64,000 nt of DNA from Bacteroidota bacterium (GCA_023413895.1 JAEZOU010000003.1:148265-212264); one strand, 5' to 3'; shown: positions 8,175 to 18,676, numbered from the stretch's first letter. Notes: generated by a model not told the origin, from the letters alone. Numbers and translations: made by a program.

Positions 8175-10498
8175 AAACCGCGTTGCGTTCTTGAGGTAGC
8201 AGGAATTACTGCGCTTCGAGAGCGAATATTGACACCCGAAGAAGATGGTTTTGCAGAAGTTTTCTTGTGACTAGAGGGGGATGAAGAGTTCGGTACGTTA
8301 GTTTTAGCGGTACTGGGACCTTTTGCTGTTGGTTTGGGAGAAACATTTGTACTGGGTGTTAAAGTAGATTTCGGTGCAGACTTAGCAACATCTCGTTCTG
8401 TCCTCTCTTCTGCATAATCAGAATCATAATAATTATCTCTTTTATAATTAGTTAAAGAATTCACGCGACTTATTTTAGAAGATAAATTGTGTCCGCCTGT
8501 AGTCAAAAAGTCATTAAAGGTGATGATTACAGAAGGAGTTTTCAAATATGGTGCCGAAGATGATGATAAACTATTAACAAAGAAATTTTTTACATCATTC
8601 AGATTAACCCCTAATAGATCGAGATTATTTTTTCCAATTCTATTCAGCAAAAGTCGCATCTGTTTTCCCTTTTGAGCAAGGATATATTTTTCACGTGAAT
8701 TAATGGAACAACCTCTTGGATAGGAGAGAAATTTTGCCATAAAGAGAAAATCCTCTTCAGAGAGTTGATTTATCACTGAACGTGCGCGACAAAATTCGTT
8801 ATATAATTCATTAGTAGCATTTTGTTTTACCTGTTGATGGATTCTTTCACGATGTTCCATAGAATAAGTAAAGCTCAGCTCTACCTCATTTTTAGCTAGT
8901 TGCCTTTCAATTTCATCAAAAATAAACGCCTTATAGTTTCTATTTATAACAGAATCCACAACTTGCGATAGACGTTCAGTAGAAAAATCCTTGATAACAT
9001 TTAGGAGATCTCGTGTAGGTTCTAGTAATAGAAATGGTTTATTTTTAGGAAAAGATGAGTTCAAATTTCCAGAATAGGTTATCCCATTATCCATAAAAAG
9101 CTGATACAAAGCTGTATATTGTACAACTCTTGCCAAATCAGTATTTCCACACGTTGCAAAATATGAGTATGCTTTTCGTTCATAATTTCGTCCTATCGAC
9201 CTACCACTTTCTGGTGAATTAAAATAGGAAACAGGAAGAGAGCCCGTTCTATTCAATGTATAAATTGTAATATTGTCTAAATCAATCGCATACATTGCAT
9301 TAGCTGTATTCCAATTGTAAACCAATTCAGAAATCCCTAACTTTTTAAATAGCGGTTGATCAAAAGGATAATAACCAGGTGATGGATAGCAATAATTATA
9401 TTCTTGAATTGTACCATTTTCGGACCAATCTTTCAAAAGAATATCAGTAATCGTCATCAGATGGCCAAACTCTGTATTTTCCAACTCTTTGCTCAAATAT
9501 GTTGGACACCAATCGCGTCCATTTTTCATTTTACCTGCCATAAAATCGTTAACATCAAGGCTTTGTGAAAGTTCCTTTTCAGAAACTGAAGCTAATAGAA
9601 GAATCGATTCAACATAAAGTGGTGGTAACTCTTGTAATAATGCTTCTCGCTCGCGACCAATAATTACCAACGTTGACGAATCTGCCAATGCGCCTAAAAT
9701 CAGGTCAGCATCCAACACAAAATGGCGAATATTTGAGATTGTACTATCCAAATCAGAATTTTTGGGCATACTCCACGCCACAAATCCCGGTAATTGGCTG
9801 AAGAAAACCCCATAATTTTTATGGTTAAAAATCTCCTCAATAGAAAAAGTCGTAGAGGTATCTTTCAACGACATAAATTGTTCATCTTCCTCTAAAAACC
9901 ACTCATTAAATTCAAATAGACTAATCTGATAATCAATATTTTCCTTTGTAAAATAGACTTTTTCATCGGTAACGGGGAGTTCAATAAAAAATGGTTTATA
10001 ATCGGACAAGAAAAGTGATGTCGCTAACTTTTTCACTAAATTTGTAACATTTTCTTGGGTTGCATTTGCCAAAGAAATTATTACATCAACTGCATACCCA
10101 TCATAACCCATTTTATGCTTGTAAGTTGAGACTTCGTGAGTAAATTGGGAGAAGATAACATTTAGGGAATCAAGTACAAAATAAGGTGGGGGCTCCGAAA
10201 TAAGAATCATCTTACTACTATCTGGGAAAGATGCAACCCCAATTGTTTGATAATGAAATCGATATTTTGTTCTAAAATCCTGATATATAGAATCTCTTGC
10301 AGAAACAACCATCCTTGATTCTATCGTTAGATTTTGGTTTGGAATATACTCCTGTTTTTGAATCTCAGCAGCTTTTCTTTTCACAATTTCCACTGCCTCA
10401 TCATTTGTAAAAAAGAGGAGAACTCCCATTCCCAATAGTAAAATAGGAAGTAGAATTAGAAGACCTTTTTTATGCCAACTCATCTTGCAGACTATCAA
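8171..10498 (-). CDS. Hypothetical membrane-anchored protein with a disordered basic S/T/P-rich C-terminal tail
   Basis: 775-aa ORF; the start may instead be the ATG at 10483. It has a single N-terminal TM (LLILLPILLLGMGVLLFF) and no motif I recognise. The last ~90 aa are low-complexity (SAPKSTLTPSTNVSPKPTAKGPSTAKTNVPNSSSPSSHKKTSAKPSSS). It overlaps the 3' end of aroB. Confidence 0.6.
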   Translation of the reverse strand: MIVCKMSWHKKGLLILLPILLLGMGVLLFFTNDEAVEIVKRKAAEIQKQEYIPNQNLTIESRMVVSARDSIYQDFRTKYRFHYQTIGVASFPDSSKMILISEPPPYFVLDSLNVIFSQFTHEVSTYKHKMGYDGYAVDVIISLANATQENVTNLVKKLATSLFLSDYKPFFIELPVTDEKVYFTKENIDYQISLFEFNEWFLEEDEQFMSLKDTSTTFSIEEIFNHKNYGVFFSQLPGFVAWSMPKNSDLDSTISNIRHFVLDADLILGALADSSTLVIIGREREALLQELPPLYVESILLLASVSEKELSQSLDVNDFMAGKMKNGRDWCPTYLSKELENTEFGHLMTITDILLKDWSENGTIQEYNYCYPSPGYYPFDQPLFKKLGISELVYNWNTANAMYAIDLDNITIYTLNRTGSLPVSYFNSPESGRSIGRNYERKAYSYFATCGNTDLARVVQYTALYQLFMDNGITYSGNLNSSFPKNKPFLLLEPTRDLLNVIKDFSTERLSQVVDSVINRNYKAFIFDEIERQLAKNEVELSFTYSMEHRERIHQQVKQNATNELYNEFCRARSVINQLSEEDFLFMAKFLSYPRGCSINSREKYILAQKGKQMRLLLNRIGKNNLDLLGVNLNDVKNFFVNSLSSSSAPYLKTPSVIITFNDFLTTGGHNLSSKISRVNSLTNYKRDNYYDSDYAEERTERDVAKSAPKSTLTPSTNVSPKPTAKGPSTAKTNVPNSSSPSSHKKTSAKPSSSGVNIRSRSAVIPATSRTQRGF

Positions 10499-11471
10499 TA
10501 TTCACTTCACAATGAAATTTTGCGCCACCAATTTTTTCTAACAGCACAAATAAAACCTTTCCGTTTCTATTTTTCTTATCCTGCTTACAAAATGGCACCA
10601 CTTCACTTCGCTTACACTTCGGAACTCCATAAAATCTTCTAACAAACCTTATAATTTCCTCAAAATCAGCAATATTTATCAGACCATTTCGATATGATAT
10701 CTCAGCGGCATCGGCAATTCCGTACGCAACGCAAAACCCATGAGGAAGAGGCTGATTTTTAGATAGGAAGTAAGATTCGTATGCGTGCCCCATGGTATGT
10801 CCAAAATTCAACAAATGGCGCAATCCTGTATCATTTAAATCGTGAGCTACAATTTTCTGTTTAAAATCAACGGCAAAGTCTATCCATTCCTTACGAATTG
10901 AATCAGCAGTCACATTTTCGAGTATTTTCATCTCATTCCAAAGCGGAGCATTAGCTATCAAAGCGCATTTACAAATCTCAGCGAACCCGTTTAGTAATTG
11001 TTGTTGCGATAATGAAACGAGAAATTGCTCATCACGCCACACATCTTGAGGCATCGTAATTGTTCCGACTGCATTTTTCAGATCTCCCAAATTTATTCCA
11101 TTTTTTCCACCATAAGCGGCATCAGCCATAGCTAACAATGTTGTAGGCACATTGATACAAGGAATTCCGCGCTTATAGGTTGCTGCAACGAAACCACCTA
11201 TATCACAAATAGTTCCACCACCAATATTAAGCACTAAATCATCTTTAGAGAAACCATTTTCTAATAAAAATTGCCAAATTTTCGTAACCTCTTCAATAGA
11301 TTTAGTCTTTTCGGAACCATCAATAACGTAGTAATAACAGGTAAAATCTGGTGATTGAAAGTCTAAATTTGAGGCATACAACAAACTTACTTGACTATCA
11401 ATAATAGCAAGTACTTTTTTTGTCGCTGTAAGTTGACAATATTCTAGTAATCTATCTTTTAGCGTTTTCAA
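10470..11471 (-). CDS. aroB: 3-dehydroquinate synthase
   Basis: 333 aa. The motifs GGGTICDIGGFVAATYKRGIPCINVPTTLLAMADAAYGGKNGINL and HTMGHAYE are typical of AroB. Confidence 0.9.
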   Translation of the reverse strand: MKTLKDRLLEYCQLTATKKVLAIIDSQVSLLYASNLDFQSPDFTCYYYVIDGSEKTKSIEEVTKIWQFLLENGFSKDDLVLNIGGGTICDIGGFVAATYKRGIPCINVPTTLLAMADAAYGGKNGINLGDLKNAVGTITMPQDVWRDEQFLVSLSQQQLLNGFAEICKCALIANAPLWNEMKILENVTADSIRKEWIDFAVDFKQKIVAHDLNDTGLRHLLNFGHTMGHAYESYFLSKNQPLPHGFCVAYGIADAAEISYRNGLINIADFEEIIRFVRRFYGVPKCKRSEVVPFCKQDKKNRNGKVLFVLLEKIGGAKFHCEVNIDSLQDELA

Positions 11472-11473
11472 AA

Positions 11474-12829
11474 TTATGCCAAATAATCGACTAAATTATC
11501 GAACATCACTTTTGTCTGTTCACCTGATTGCATATTTTTGACAGTAAAACAGTTTTCATTCATTTCATTTTCACCTGCCATAACCACAAATGGTATTAAG
11601 CGAGCATTTGCATAATTCATCTGTTTTCCAATTTTAGCTTTATCGGGGAAGAGTTCTGCCACAATTCCTGCATTTCTCAAATTTTGCAAAGCTTTCAATG
11701 CATATTTTTCTTCTTCGGGACCAAAATTCAAGAAAATTGCACGTACGGGTGAGCCAATTCCTTCTGGGAAAAGGTTCAATTCTTCCAACACATCATAAAT
11801 TCTTTCTGCACCGTATGAGATACCCACACCAGATGTGTCCTTCAATCCGAAGATTCCTGTTAAATCATCATAACGACCTCCACCAGAAATACTTCCAATG
11901 CCCACATCGTTAGCTTTAACTTCAAAAATTGCACCTGTATAATAGTTCAAGCCTCTCGCCAAAGTGATATCTACTTCAACTGCAGAGTTAATATTCATCA
12001 ATGAAACATACTCCAACACCTTTTCCAATTCAGCAACGCCTTTCAAGCCAATTTCATTTCCCTCAAAATAGGTTTTCAAGAATGTTAATTTTTCAGTATT
12101 CGTTCCTTTAAAATCAAAGAATGGCTCAATTTTAACGATTGCCTCATCATTGATTCCTCTCTCTAGCAATTCTTTGCAAACATTTTCTTTTCCAATCTTA
12201 TCCAATTTATCTATTGCAGTACAGATATCTACAATTTTATCAGGCATACCGATAGCTTCTGCAATTCCAGATAGAATTTTCCTATTATTAATTTTAATAG
12301 TAACATTGATTTTCAGATTTGTAAAAATCTCATCAGTAATCTGAATCAATTCAGCTTCATTCAGCAACGAGTTAGTTCCTATTACATCTACATCACATTG
12401 ATAAAACTCACGATAGCGTCCTTTTTGAGGTCTATCTGCTCTCCACACTGGCTGCATCTGATATCTTTTGAATGGAAAAGCTAAGTCATTTCGATGCTGT
12501 ACTACAAAACGTGCAAAAGGCACCGTCAAGTCGTAACGCAATCCTTTTTCACATATTTTAGATGCCAACTGTGTTGAATTTAATGATTCAAAATCAACAT
12601 TTTGTTTAAAATCACCTGAATTAAGCACTTTAAATAACAATCTATCACCTTCCTCACCATATTTACCCATAAGAGTAGATAGGTTTTCCATAGATGGGGT
12701 TTCGATAGGTAAAAAAGCATATTTTTCGAACACCTTACGGATTGTTGAGAAAATATAGTTACGGCGCATCATTTCTATAGGGGTAAAATCGCGCGTCCCC
12801 TTTGGAATAGTAGGTTTTACAGTACTCAT
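11474..12829 (-). CDS. hisS: Histidine--tRNA ligase
   Basis: 451 aa with class II motifs [27 protein letters not shown] and GGGRYD. Confidence 0.95.
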   Translation of the reverse strand: MSTVKPTIPKGTRDFTPIEMMRRNYIFSTIRKVFEKYAFLPIETPSMENLSTLMGKYGEEGDRLLFKVLNSGDFKQNVDFESLNSTQLASKICEKGLRYDLTVPFARFVVQHRNDLAFPFKRYQMQPVWRADRPQKGRYREFYQCDVDVIGTNSLLNEAELIQITDEIFTNLKINVTIKINNRKILSGIAEAIGMPDKIVDICTAIDKLDKIGKENVCKELLERGINDEAIVKIEPFFDFKGTNTEKLTFLKTYFEGNEIGLKGVAELEKVLEYVSLMNINSAVEVDITLARGLNYYTGAIFEVKANDVGIGSISGGGRYDDLTGIFGLKDTSGVGISYGAERIYDVLEELNLFPEGIGSPVRAIFLNFGPEEEKYALKALQNLRNAGIVAELFPDKAKIGKQMNYANARLIPFVVMAGENEMNENCFTVKNMQSGEQTKVMFDNLVDYLA

Positions 12830-12838
12830 TATATATGT

Positions 12839-14023
12839 TTAAAATTTTTCCAATTGAATTTTCACATCACTAATGACATTCATATAATTAATAAATGCCT
12901 GATATGGTGATGAATAAATATCAAAACGCATCTTTACAGAACTTTTGGGGAACCATTGTGTCCCCATAAAATTGAAATGTATAGCATCTTGCAATCTCAA
13001 CCACGCCAACTTAGCATTTTCATTTTCTGATTCACGATAAAGAGGTTCTAGCTTAAAAAGTTGTTGGAAAGCTTCTTGCTGCAACTCATTTCCAATCCAT
13101 TCACTAGTATCCTTTTCATCACCAGAATTAGAAATTGGCCACGGAATCAGCAGTGTTGAAGTTTGAGCATCCTCATGCAAAAGATCTTCTGGTTTTACAA
13201 ACTGAAATTCTGATGATTCTGCGACTTGCTGGCACAAAGCAGAAAAGAAATCAAAGATACCTGAATCTTTTGTATGGATATCACCCAAAACATCATAATC
13301 AAAATATAGATTAATATAAGGTGATGATTCTGGGATATCTTTCAGAAAAGAGAGATATTTTTCAGCGGTAAGCGGGAAATGGCACCAACTTCTATCTTCA
13401 AAACGGAAAGTAATATCATCGCACAAGGAAGCGGATCGCAACATCAATTTTTCATCAACTTGATAGGGATTGCAATATAAATAGGTTGGGCTTTTCCAGC
13501 CTAAAATGTGGCGTGCACCTTCTGTTAACACCACTCGATAACCCATATCATATAACCATTCTCCAATTTCGTCCGAGTAGATAGCTTCCGTGTTAAAGAA
13601 TGTAACTGGCTTTACACCAAATGTTTCCATTATCAGCTTTTCCTGCATACGGACTTGTTCTTCAAAAGAAGCTCTACTATTCAAGCAAGCCAAACTATGC
13701 GTAAAGGTAGTTCCTGTAATTTCTACTCTTCCTGTTTTTACTAATTTTTGGAGTCCTTCTAAAACATCTGGTGCATACTCCTTAAATTGTGAAATAGCAC
13801 TTTCAGACAGGCAAAAACTGAAAGCAACCTGGTCATTGAAACGCTCAATCAAATCAAGAAGTAACGCATTTGCTGGGCGATAACAACGTTCTGAGAGCCT
13901 GTTGGTTAAGTAGCGATTCTGATAATCATCAAAGTAATCACTTCGCTGATTAATATCAAAAAAACGATATGTTCTTAATAAGTAAGGTTGATTAATCTGA
14001 AAATGGATACAAATTTTGCGCAT
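12839..14023 (-). CDS. Glycoside hydrolase family 57 protein (alpha-glucan-active)
   Basis: The start is set at the internal ATG (14023). This gives the N-terminus MRKICIHFQINQPYLLR, typical of GH57, and removes the 58-nt overlap with the upstream GT4 gene. It sits in a glycogen-gene context. Confidence 0.75.
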   Translation of the reverse strand: MRKICIHFQINQPYLLRTYRFFDINQRSDYFDDYQNRYLTNRLSERCYRPANALLLDLIERFNDQVAFSFCLSESAISQFKEYAPDVLEGLQKLVKTGRVEITGTTFTHSLACLNSRASFEEQVRMQEKLIMETFGVKPVTFFNTEAIYSDEIGEWLYDMGYRVVLTEGARHILGWKSPTYLYCNPYQVDEKLMLRSASLCDDITFRFEDRSWCHFPLTAEKYLSFLKDIPESSPYINLYFDYDVLGDIHTKDSGIFDFFSALCQQVAESSEFQFVKPEDLLHEDAQTSTLLIPWPISNSGDEKDTSEWIGNELQQEAFQQLFKLEPLYRESENENAKLAWLRLQDAIHFNFMGTQWFPKSSVKMRFDIYSSPYQAFINYMNVISDVKIQLEKF

Positions 14024-14034
14024 AATCGTTGAAT

Positions 14035-15318
14035 TTATTTGTCCAACACCCATTGATAGATGTTTTTTAATTTTTGTGCTACTGATTCCCACTTTAAATT
14101 ATCGACATCCTCTTTTCCTTTACGGGCAAAGAATTGTGCCAAAGCAGGATATTGAAGAATTCCGTAAATTGCATCTGCCATAGCATTTACATCCCAAAAA
14201 TCTACTTTTATAGCGTGGGTAAGTACTTCCGCAACGCCAGACTGTTTTGATATCACTACTGGAACGTGAGCTCTCATTGCCTCCAATGGGGAGATTCCGA
14301 AAGGCTCTGATATAGATGGCATAACATACACATCACTCATTACAAACATCTTATCGACATCTGTTCCACGTAGAAATCCTGTAAAATGGAAACGATCAGA
14401 GATTCCTAGTTCGGCAACTCGTTTGATAACCTGAGGCATCATATCCCCATCACCTGCCAGAACGAATCTTACATTTGGATCTTTTTCTAACACTAATTTT
14501 GCACTTTCTACAAAATATTCAGGACCTTTTTGAAAAGTCACTCTTCCCAAGAAGGTTACAATTTTCTCTTTGACAAATTTCTCTTTGACAAGTTCTTTGT
14601 CATTAGGTTCTACCGCATTATGTAAGGTAAAAACTTTATCAGCCGAGATACCATACTTTTCTATTACGATACGTCGGGTTAAATCGCTAACTGCGCATAC
14701 AGCATCAGCGGATTCCATTCCGAATCGTTCAAGCCCCATCACAATATCATTCCTATTATTTTCTCCGGAACGATCAAATTCTGTAGCATGAATATGAACC
14801 ACCAAAGGTTTTCCACTTACACGTTTTGCAGCCACACCTGCTTTATAAGTAAGCCAATCGTGTGCATGAATAATATCGAAATCGTTATTGCGTGCAATTT
14901 CAGCGGCCACAATGGCATATTGTTCTACCTCTCGCATCAAATCCTCGCCATATTTCCCAGAAAACTCATATTTTCGTTTTCCGTTTGCGATTTCCGTTTC
15001 GAAGACACCACTTTCTATTTGATTCACAATCTGATAATACTCATTTAAACCAACATAAGGCACCATTTGTGACTTCACTTGAATGAAAGAAACAGTATCT
15101 TCAAAAGATTGCAGATGAACATAACGAGGATCAACTTCAATATCGTGAGCACTAATAATTTTAACGTATGACTGGTCCTCTTCCGAGGAAGCTTTCGGCA
15201 TTACAAAAAGGACTTCTACATCATTTTTTGCCAACCCCTTTGTCAACCCATAACAAGCGGTTCCCAAACCTCCTGCAATTTTCGGGGGAAATTCCCAACC
15301 AAACATTAAAACTTTCAT
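14035..15318 (-). CDS. GT4-family glycosyltransferase, glycogen synthase-like
   Basis: 427 aa. The N-terminus MKVLMFGWEFPPKIAGGLGTACYGL and the later EPFGISPLEAM motif are typical of GT-B/GT4 enzymes. It lies between the GH57 and debranching-enzyme genes. Confidence 0.8.
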   Translation of the reverse strand: MKVLMFGWEFPPKIAGGLGTACYGLTKGLAKNDVEVLFVMPKASSEEDQSYVKIISAHDIEVDPRYVHLQSFEDTVSFIQVKSQMVPYVGLNEYYQIVNQIESGVFETEIANGKRKYEFSGKYGEDLMREVEQYAIVAAEIARNNDFDIIHAHDWLTYKAGVAAKRVSGKPLVVHIHATEFDRSGENNRNDIVMGLERFGMESADAVCAVSDLTRRIVIEKYGISADKVFTLHNAVEPNDKELVKEKFVKEKIVTFLGRVTFQKGPEYFVESAKLVLEKDPNVRFVLAGDGDMMPQVIKRVAELGISDRFHFTGFLRGTDVDKMFVMSDVYVMPSISEPFGISPLEAMRAHVPVVISKQSGVAEVLTHAIKVDFWDVNAMADAIYGILQYPALAQFFARKGKEDVDNLKWESVAQKLKNIYQWVLDK

Positions 15319-15329
15319 ACCTATTTTTA

Positions 15330-17273
15330 TCAGTAAATATTATTTTCCATAATTGCCTTAATATGCAACAATGCCGCAACACTCCAAGCCTGTGAAATGC
15401 AACCATTTGCATTATATGGAGGATTTCCATCTGTGACTTCACTTATCGTTGAAATTCCGTATTCTGTCATACAAGAATCGAAACGATAAAGGATATTTTC
15501 CAATAATGCCAATGACTGTTTTCCATAAACGGCCATCATACCATCAGCAAAAGGTGCTAACAGCCACGGCCAAGCGGTTCCTTGATGGTAAGCAGCATCA
15601 CGCTCAGCCTGAGTTCCCTCATATTTTCCACGATAATCTGAATCATTAGGAGAAAGCGTTCTAATTCCTTTCTCAACCAATAACTCTTCACACACTTTTT
15701 TTAACACCAACTGCCTAATTTTCTCACTAATAGGAGTATATGGTAATGACACTGCAATCATCATATTGGGGCGCACCTGAAAATTCCGATATTCGCCATC
15801 TACATAATCCGCCAAATAACCTATCTCTTTAGACCAGAACGTTTCTTTGAATACAACAGGAAAGTTTTTAACCAAAGAACTCCATTCTTGGATAAATGTT
15901 TCATCATTGTCAAGTTGAGCTACTTCCAATGAGAATTGCAACGCATTATACCACAATGCATTAATCTCTACTTGACAACCTGTACGTGGTGTAACAGGTT
16001 TTCCATCTACAACAGCGTCCATCCAAGTCAGCGCATGATTAGGAGTTCCCGCATAGATAAGCCCACTCTCTAACATTTTGATATTATATAGCGTTCCTTT
16101 CTTGTACAGATTTAGAATTTGCTTAATTTTTTCTCCATATTCTGCCCAAATTTTACGCTTAGAATGAGTATAATTTGCATATTGCTGCAGCGCACGCACA
16201 AACCACAGTGGTGCATCAACCGAATTGTACGCTGCAGTTTCTCCCTGACCGATATTCGGGAATAGTCCATTTTGCATCTCACCTAACATATCATCTAAAA
16301 TCTGCTTACACAATTCTGGTTTATGGAGTGCTAAGGTAAGACCAGGAAGTGCAATAAAGGTGTCTCTTCCCCATCTTCCAAACCAAGGATAACCTGCTAT
16401 GATATAACTCTTTCCATTACGATTAACAATAAACTGCTCAGCTGCATTTTTCAAACAATTAAAGTAGGAAGAGCGGTGTGTTTTCTCTTGTTTTTCCTTT
16501 TCAAAAACTGTCGCTATTTGTTGGGGATCCATCGGCGTTGTTCCAATAGAAACATACAACTCTTTCTCCTTCATCGATACATACAATATTCCTGGATTGT
16601 ACAAATCTTCGTAACCCTCATAGCCTCGTTTTAACTCTTCTTCATACTCAAAATCATAATACCAATCTGGTGTATGCTGATATGCTGGCGTAAGATTAGT
16701 TTGAACACATAATGGTGTAAATCGTTCATACATACAATATTGCACACCATTATCTAATAGCGTATAATCTGTATTAGCAACAGAATTAGCGTGCGTCAAC
16801 TGATGAATCTGCCTAAAAGCCAATAGAGGTCGAAAAAGCATCGTAGCTGTTTCAAAATCATCAATAAATGAGTATTTTATAATTAATCGATCCTCATGAG
16901 GGAGAAACAAGAACTCTTTTGTGAAGTTAAACTTTCCCACTCTATAATAATATGTTGGCAGATTATCACAAACAAATTTCTGTAGATACTTGTGTCCTTT
17001 CGGATTGATTACCCCCCCCTTGTACTGATTCACACCAATATGAAACTCCATATCATTGACAACAAGCGTTTCGTTTAAGTTCGAGAGGAGCAGATAACGT
17101 TCGCCGTCTAGTTGGTCCTGCGGCACAATAAAAAGGCCGTGATATTTTCGCGTATTCATTCCCAACAAAGTTGTGGTAGCGAAAGAACCTGTACGGCTGC
17201 AGCGTAAAATTTCTCTTGATTTCGAGTAATTTACGTTTACCAATTTTTCCTTATCAAATTCGATATAGCTCAT
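15330..17273 (-). CDS. Glycogen debranching enzyme / amylo-alpha-1,6-glucosidase family protein
   Basis: The start is set at ATG 17273 (MSYIEFDKEKL...), 1 nt after the galE stop; the longer ORF to 17345 would overlap galE. The sequence NTRKYHGLF and the C-terminal (alpha/alpha)6-like region (GYPWFGRWGRDTFIAL, QAWSVA) match the GDE_C family. Confidence 0.85.
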   Translation of the reverse strand: MSYIEFDKEKLVNVNYSKSREILRCSRTGSFATTTLLGMNTRKYHGLFIVPQDQLDGERYLLLSNLNETLVVNDMEFHIGVNQYKGGVINPKGHKYLQKFVCDNLPTYYYRVGKFNFTKEFLFLPHEDRLIIKYSFIDDFETATMLFRPLLAFRQIHQLTHANSVANTDYTLLDNGVQYCMYERFTPLCVQTNLTPAYQHTPDWYYDFEYEEELKRGYEGYEDLYNPGILYVSMKEKELYVSIGTTPMDPQQIATVFEKEKQEKTHRSSYFNCLKNAAEQFIVNRNGKSYIIAGYPWFGRWGRDTFIALPGLTLALHKPELCKQILDDMLGEMQNGLFPNIGQGETAAYNSVDAPLWFVRALQQYANYTHSKRKIWAEYGEKIKQILNLYKKGTLYNIKMLESGLIYAGTPNHALTWMDAVVDGKPVTPRTGCQVEINALWYNALQFSLEVAQLDNDETFIQEWSSLVKNFPVVFKETFWSKEIGYLADYVDGEYRNFQVRPNMMIAVSLPYTPISEKIRQLVLKKVCEELLVEKGIRTLSPNDSDYRGKYEGTQAERDAAYHQGTAWPWLLAPFADGMMAVYGKQSLALLENILYRFDSCMTEYGISTISEVTDGNPPYNANGCISQAWSVAALLHIKAIMENNIY

Positions 17274-17274
17274 T

Positions 17275-18321
17275 TCAATGATTTTTAGATTCTTTTTGCA
17301 ATTCAAGTTCCCATTTCCATGCAGATTCAACAATCTCACTAACACCCAAACGGCATTGCCAGTTCAACAAACGACGAGCTTTTTCACTATTGCTATAGAT
17401 AGCAGGAATATCTCCTGCTCTGCGTCCGCCGATGCGATAGCGCAAGGGAACACCTGTTATTTTTTCAAAAGCTTTCAACATTTCAAAAACGGTAATTCCG
17501 CTTCCACTACCCAAGTTGAAAGTTTCGCATAGGGGTTCATTGCGATGTTGCGCAGCATAGCCTAACGCTAATACATGCGCAGAGGCTATATCCGAAACGT
17601 GTAAATAGTCACGCACACAAGAGCCATCGCGGGTATCGTAATCATCACCAAACACAACCATCTCTTCAATCTTACCAATTGCATTTTGTGTGATTATTGG
17701 CAGGAGATTGTTAGGCTTATCTGGAGAAAGTTCACCATTCAGTCCTGAAACATGTGCACCTACAGGATTAAAATACCTCAGCAGAATTGCCTTTAAGTCA
17801 GAGTGTTGATTTACATAAAAACGAATCATTTCCTCCCCTATCTGCTTAGTATGCGCATACGGACAAAAAGGAACTCCCATCGGTGTTGTTTCATCTACAG
17901 GCAATTTATCTACATCTCCGTAAATAGAACAAGATGATGAAAAAATAAGGTATGGAATCGAAAATTTTTGAGTTGCTTCCAACACATTTTCCAAACTTCC
18001 TAAATTGTTCCGATAATATTCCAATGGTTTCTCTACCGATTCGGGAACCGACTTAAATGCTGCAAAATGGATAATTCCTTCAATCTCTTTTTCCCGTTCC
18101 AAAACCGAAAAAAAAGCCTCTTTATCGCATATATCCACTCTATAATGAGGTACAACACTTCCGGTAATTTTCTTTATTCGTTGAATGGTTTGAGGAGTAG
18201 AACGCTCACAACTATCTACTATAATTGGTTCATAATCACCGCTTTCTAACAATTCTATTACGGTATGAGAACCTATATATCCTGTTCCGCCCGTCACCAA
18301 AATTTTTCTTTTTTTATTCAT
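17275..18321 (-). CDS. galE: UDP-glucose 4-epimerase
   Basis: The Rossmann motif ILVTGGTGYIGSH and the catalytic YAHTK are present. The start is set at ATG 18321 (MNKKRKILVTGG). Confidence 0.92.
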   Translation of the reverse strand: MNKKRKILVTGGTGYIGSHTVIELLESGDYEPIIVDSCERSTPQTIQRIKKITGSVVPHYRVDICDKEAFFSVLEREKEIEGIIHFAAFKSVPESVEKPLEYYRNNLGSLENVLEATQKFSIPYLIFSSSCSIYGDVDKLPVDETTPMGVPFCPYAHTKQIGEEMIRFYVNQHSDLKAILLRYFNPVGAHVSGLNGELSPDKPNNLLPIITQNAIGKIEEMVVFGDDYDTRDGSCVRDYLHVSDIASAHVLALGYAAQHRNEPLCETFNLGSGSGITVFEMLKAFEKITGVPLRYRIGGRRAGDIPAIYSNSEKARRLLNWQCRLGVSEIVESAWKWELELQKESKNH

Positions 18322-18409
18322 ACTTTTTTCAAAAGTTAACACCTCATCGAGGTTTTATTGAGTAGTTATAAAGATATTTTTAGTCCCATTTCGAGTATTT
18401 AGTGGTTTG

Positions 18410-18417
18410 CAAAAATA
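18410..18417 (-). promoter_or_regulatory. Bacteroidota -7 promoter box (TATTTTTG on minus strand) upstream of galE
   Basis: The plus strand reads CAAAAATA, about 90 nt upstream of the galE ATG. It lies in 15-27% GC sequence. Confidence 0.45.
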
Positions 18418-18483
18418 CAAATTATATTAATATATTCACATCAATAATTTTACAAAATCAAATAATATTTACGTACTTGTTAT

Positions 18484-18676
18484 TTGGGTGTGCCGGCTTG
18501 CCCACGCACAAAACCTAACACACGCCGTCGGGCTTTCCGCTCAAATTTCGCACCTCTTTCTTCGCCCACAAAAATTTTCCAACTTCCAAACTCTAAGTTC
18601 CTGATTCCAAGTTCTAAAACCGGTGCTCATAACCGCTTCAATCCCTCACACATTTTGCAATGCGAAACCTTACATC
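18484..18676 (-). ncRNA. Candidate structured non-coding element (glgB 3' UTR element or independent small RNA), family unknown
   Basis: By hand count, 18481-18676 is ~47% G+C (60% in 18481-18540), against ~21% in the adjacent 18361-18480. The plus strand is C-rich and the minus strand purine-rich. There is no credible ORF. The minus-strand hairpin CGCAUU-GCAA-AAUGUG (18649-18664) uses a G.U pair that would be a mismatch on the plus strand, which favours the minus orientation. Confidence 0.3.

Noticed and set aside
14035-14092. Apparent 58-nt overlap between the GT4 and GH57 genes, and similar overlaps at 17275-17345 and 38266-38281.
   Set aside because: These are artefacts of taking the longest ORF. 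Internal ATGs remove the overlaps and give family-typical N-termini.
18481-18676. Possible identity of the GC-rich element as SRP (4.5S) RNA, tmRNA, 6S RNA or a known riboswitch.
   Set aside because: The SRP domain IV signature (GGAA tetraloop flanked by AGCA/CAGG loops) is absent. The tmRNA ends (GGGGCUG...UCCACCA) are absent. I could not build a 6S-like end-to-end helix. No TPP, cobalamin, SAM or fluoride core motifs are present. Only a covariance-model scan can settle this.
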